Source: Lama guanicoe (taxonomy: Eukaryota). From it: a stretch of 64,000 nucleotides of DNA. Of the stretch, positions 60,057 through 64,000 are shown one piece after another. The stretch lies in NCBI GenBank assembly GCA_013239625.1, contig MU053376.1:830833-894832 (forward strand), read 5' to 3'. The notes below the pieces were generated by a model. It did not search any database. It was given only the letters and a program-made list of their open reading frames with translations, and had not been told where the DNA came from. Position numbers and translations under genes: made by a program. Every line of letters begins with the position of its first letter. Position 1 is the first letter of the stretch.

Positions 60057-61737
60057 GTGAGAGGGCGTCTGGCCCGGCTGTCCCCGGCAAGCATGGGGCA
60101 TGTCGTTCTCATCCTCGGCTCCCTGCTTGTGTCTTCTCCGCGGGAAGAAGACCCACCCCCCCATTCCTCACCTTGCATGGCGGGCTCAGCTCCTCTTACA
60201 TGTCGGTCTGCGGCTCCCGGGAAGACTCAGAGGTGCCGGAAGTGCATGCCAGGGGAGAGGAAAGCACGCGTCCGACCCTGTGGGGGCGAGTGGGACATCA
60301 GACGAGAGGCAGAGCGCGTAGAATGAGGTCAGAGGAGAACGCCTGGCCTCCACTGTCCTTGAGCCCAAAGGGCTTGGCGTGTGCACAAATGTGGTCTCTG
60401 CGTGTGGGTCTGGGGGCAGCCTGCCCCGTGGGCACAGGGGCTGGTTTCCTGCACGTGGGGTTAGGGGCTAGGCCCATCCAAGGGTCTCAACCCAGAAATC
60501 TTCCCAGGAACCAAACCAAGGGTCAGCATGTGTGTCACTGCCTTGCCACTGTCCTCTGTTGTTTAAAAATTCCGAGGGGTGTGCCACCAGTCATTTGGAG
60601 CTTTGTTTCGGTTTCATTTTGCCCAAGTTTGTCGTGGCTTAAAAGTAGTTGACATTTTGTCGTGCTGGGGTGGGGGAGACGCTTTCCCAGCGCTAGGAGA
60701 GTTCTGAATCTATCAGGGCTTCAGCTGTGGATGGAGAAGCTTCTGCATTGTACCCAGTGAACAGGCCAACGGGAGCTCAGGAAACGGTACAAGGTTCAGA
60801 GATCTCCCTGCTGGTCAGGGTGGCTTGCAGTCTGCAGAGCGTGAGGGCGTTGGCTTGTCTGTGTGTGTGTTTCTTTAAAGTCAGCCAGGCAAGGTGGCCA
60901 AGTGGCCAGTTTGCTAAGCCATGGGGTAAGGGTGAGTGTGGGGAAAGAGACAGAGAGGAAAGGACCAGTGCCTGACCCCAGGGACTGTCCTAGTCAGATG
61001 CAGGTTACTAGACACAACGATTAAAGAAAAAGAAACCCACAGTGGTTTATATGAATTGCTGAATGTGGACTGCTCTTCCCGTGCTGGCCTGATGAGGCTG
61101 ATCCTCTGGGAGCTTGCGTCTTGAGCTCACTGCCCATGCATATAAATGCCTCGCTCCACCCCTTCTAGCCTGGTCCCTCTTGGTCTGGGTGTCCTGGCCT
61201 CCCTGTGTCTCTGCCTGTCCTGCACGTGCCCATGCCAACAAGACTCAGGGAGTCTGAGAGTCCAGCTGCTGCTTGAACCTAGCCAGGCCAACTCAGGCAG
61301 GATGTCCACGAGCAGCCAGGCCATCCTGGGATCCAGGCCAGGGGACTGGACAGTGGACTGAGCGGAGCAGGTGGCTGGACTCTGCCTGACTCAGTCGGGG
61401 TCCCCCGGTGTTGCTCACCGGTGCATGCATTTGATGTTGCTTCATTACAAACTTGAGTCCAGCACAGAGACAGAAAGCAAAGATGAGATTCAAGGATGGA
61501 GGTCCATCCTGCAGAATGCAGCAAAAGCCAGCTCAGCCTGCTTTCAGAGTTTGACTTCTCCCCATGCTGAGCCCTGGGGCTGCGGGCCAGGCTTGGGGAG
61601 AAAGCCAGAGAGAAAAGGACCAGTGTCTGCCCTCAGGGATGTCCCAGTCTGCTTTGACAGATTAAACGTGCAATACAGAAAAAATAATAACAATTGCCAA
61701 TACCCTTCTGAACATTGACTTAGATGTTCATTTCTTT

Positions 61738-61913
61738 AAAAAAATTGTTTTTTAGTTATTTACTGAAGTGTAGTTGATTTACAATGTTAGTTTCAGGTGT
61801 ACAGCATAGCAGTTCAGTTATACATACACATATTTTTTTCTTTCAGATTCTTTTCCATTATATATTATTACAAGAAATTGAATATAGTTCCCTGGGCTAT
61901 GCAGTAGGTCCTC
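61738..61913 (-). mobile_element. Short L1 3' end (antisense)
   Basis: gaagtgtagttgatttacaatgttagtttcaggtgtacagcatag...; degenerate TSD agatgttcatttcttt / aggtgttcacttctct. Confidence 0.85.
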
Positions 61914-63293
61914 AGGTGTTCACTTCTCTTTTCCTGTGGTTGCTATGGAGAGGCTGGTCCCATAGCTTGCCCTTGGAGTAAGTGAGATATTTGGCACTTC
62001 CAAGTTTTCCAGACTCCTCCCAGTGTGAGCTGGAGAGGGCAGGTTTAGGACCCTTGCCCCGAGTACATACCGCTTACCTTCCTCACTGGCTGGCTGGAAA
62101 TTACTATGTGCAAAGCACATAGGGAAGGAAAGTACTTTCTCTTTCTGAAGTTCATGTGTGCCTGTGAGTTTGTGTCCAAGATCCTTAGAAAAATCCACAA
62201 AGGAGTGGGTGGACTCCAGAGCCAAGTTCACAGAATCTCCCAGGTCCTTGTGTCTCATCGAAGCAAGTTTATGATCATCTCTGGGCCCAACCACTGGTCA
62301 TTTAGGCAACCACAAGCCATCACTTTAGTCCATAGACTCAAACCTACCACAGTGGTTCAGGCAAGAAAACCACGAGGAACGCTAACAGGCTCCCTCCCAG
62401 AAAGACCCTATGTGGAAAGTTAATTACCTTCTTGAAGCTTTTGTAGCCAAAGAGACCCGAGGGGCCACAGACTCATAACCCTGGACTCTCAGAGACCTGT
62501 CAGCATTTCTGTCCTGGGTCGGCGGGATGGGGTGAGGCTGACAGTGGGCCAGCAAGACAGACAGCAAACTGCCTCCGACCTCAGGGACGCAGGGACGAGG
62601 AACATTAGGGGACCTAACTGTAGTCGGCCTCTTCCCGCTGTGTCTGAGAGAAACCCGGGGTGGGGCGAGGTGGGGGTGGAGAGGTGTGAAATGATGTTTA
62701 AGTGAGAGCAGGCAAGCCGGACTGCGTTTGGAGAAAGCCCATCCCTGCATACTCGGTCATCTGCCCCATTTCTGAAATAGAATTCTTCTGCCGACTTTGA
62801 GTGGCTGGCCTCTCACCCGTGGCCAAACCAGTTTCCTCCCGATTAGAGCTAGGAGTCTCGGGAACCGCCTTGCAGGGGAGTTGTCCGTTTCTGAGCGAGG
62901 CTGGAGGACGTAGCGTGGAAGTTGCACAAAATGTGGCCTCTAGTCCAGAGTGAGAGGCACTTGGACCCGTGCTCGCCTGATGAGCAGGTGCGGCCCTGGC
63001 ATTAGTCCTAGCAGAAGTGGTGAGTGTCAGTGTACCCTGGCCTTTCAGAGTTGCTGTTACCGTGTGCGTTAGGAATCTGGAAACATGCTAAACGGGTCAA
63101 TTAAGAATGGTGTTCGCAGACCGCAGTAACTGCCCTGCAGCCTTGCAAAAATGCCTTCCGCCATTCAGAGTCCATGTGTGGGGTCACGTGTGACTGAAGT
63201 CATCATGTCCTCCGTTTCCTTTGGTTCTTGAGAAACTAAGTCACTTTGATGGGATCTGGCTGAGCCCACCTTACCCCACATCCCACTTGGTTT

Positions 63294-63426
63294 TTGCTTT
63301 GTTTTTTACTGCGTATCATTGCCGTCGGTGAGTTTTTGGTGTACAGCATAATGATCTAAGATATGTGTATACTGTGAAATGATTACCGCGGTGAGTTTAG
63401 TCTGTCACCACACATAGTTACAAAGT
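63294..63426 (-). mobile_element. Short L1 3' end (antisense) with 11-bp TSD
   Basis: ggtgtacagcataatgat...actgtgaaatgattacc; ccacttggttt at 63283-63293 and 63427-63437. Confidence 0.7.
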
Positions 63427-64000
63427 CCACTTGGTTTGAACAGCCTTCTGTGTCCAGACTTCACAGAAAATTCTTTGACCTTTGCAGTGAGGTTTGAAGG
63501 TCATGTTTGAACTTCACAGGGTACCGTCAGGAATGGAAAGCTACACTTAATTTCTAAATTGTCCATATGGCCACTTTCCTGGAATTGTGACTTCTCTCCC
63601 AAGAGAAAGGAGTCTTGTGGAGATGGCTGTCAGGCTGTGTCAGAACCAGCATTGGCAAGGTGGTGGAGCAAACAGGTCTTTGCAGACGTTAAACCAACTT
63701 CTCTGCCAAAGGTGGGGACCACCATCCACACACAGGTTGAAGTGACTCCTTCATCCCAGTGCCCAGCTGGCACGTGGTCAAGCCAATATCCATGTGACCC
63801 CCAGCTGGTATCAGAAAAAAACACCCCAGGTTTACCATAGCATATTGGGATTCAAATGGTTGTTAATCAGTAAATAATCAGTGACCACCTGTTGTGTGAC
63901 CAGCATCGTGCAAGCACTAGGGGGTTTGAAGAATCTTTGATAGTCAGGACCCGGGAAAGAGAACAATTAAATGTTACATCATGTGGAGTACTTGGGGGTG

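Noticed and set aside
60057..60652. Long in-frame read-through after the FN5b exon
   Set aside because: Good donor (G|gtgaga); low-information peptide; no supporting evidence
1..64000. CRISPR arrays, operons or other prokaryotic systems
   Set aside because: Sequence is an intron-rich mammalian locus; no regularly spaced repeat-spacer array seen

Overview
Mammalian genomic DNA, probably camelid (inferred from two tRNA-derived SINEs resembling the camelid vic-1 type and artiodactyl-style L1 3' ends). The window covers the extracellular coding region of NFASC (neurofascin, L1-CAM family) on the + strand. I mapped 28 coding exons by hand, from the ATG at 4910 to the end of the FNIII-5 exon at 60056: signal peptide, Ig1-6, FNIII 1-5 and the mucin-like PAT domain. 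They total 3661 coding nt in one continuous frame, and every intron is GT-AG. The promoter and upstream non-coding exons, and the transmembrane and cytoplasmic exons, lie outside the window. Alternative cassettes are the 18-, 51-, 45- and 15-nt exons, the RGD-bearing FNIII-3 pair (NF155 type), and PAT plus FNIII-5 (NF186 type). Introns contain L1, L2, MIR, MER DNA transposons, SINEs and microsatellites. This is a known gene and I see no wholly new system. The best leads are RNA-processing signals: (1) an intronic stop plus ATTAAA/GU-rich poly(A) site predicting a secreted six-Ig isoform; (2) position-dependent QKI and RBFOX motif clusters around the cassettes; (3) an inverted SINE pair flanking a frame-preserving exon block (circRNA candidate); (4) a 5'UTR G-quadruplex. 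Repeat families and boundaries were called by eye and are approximate.
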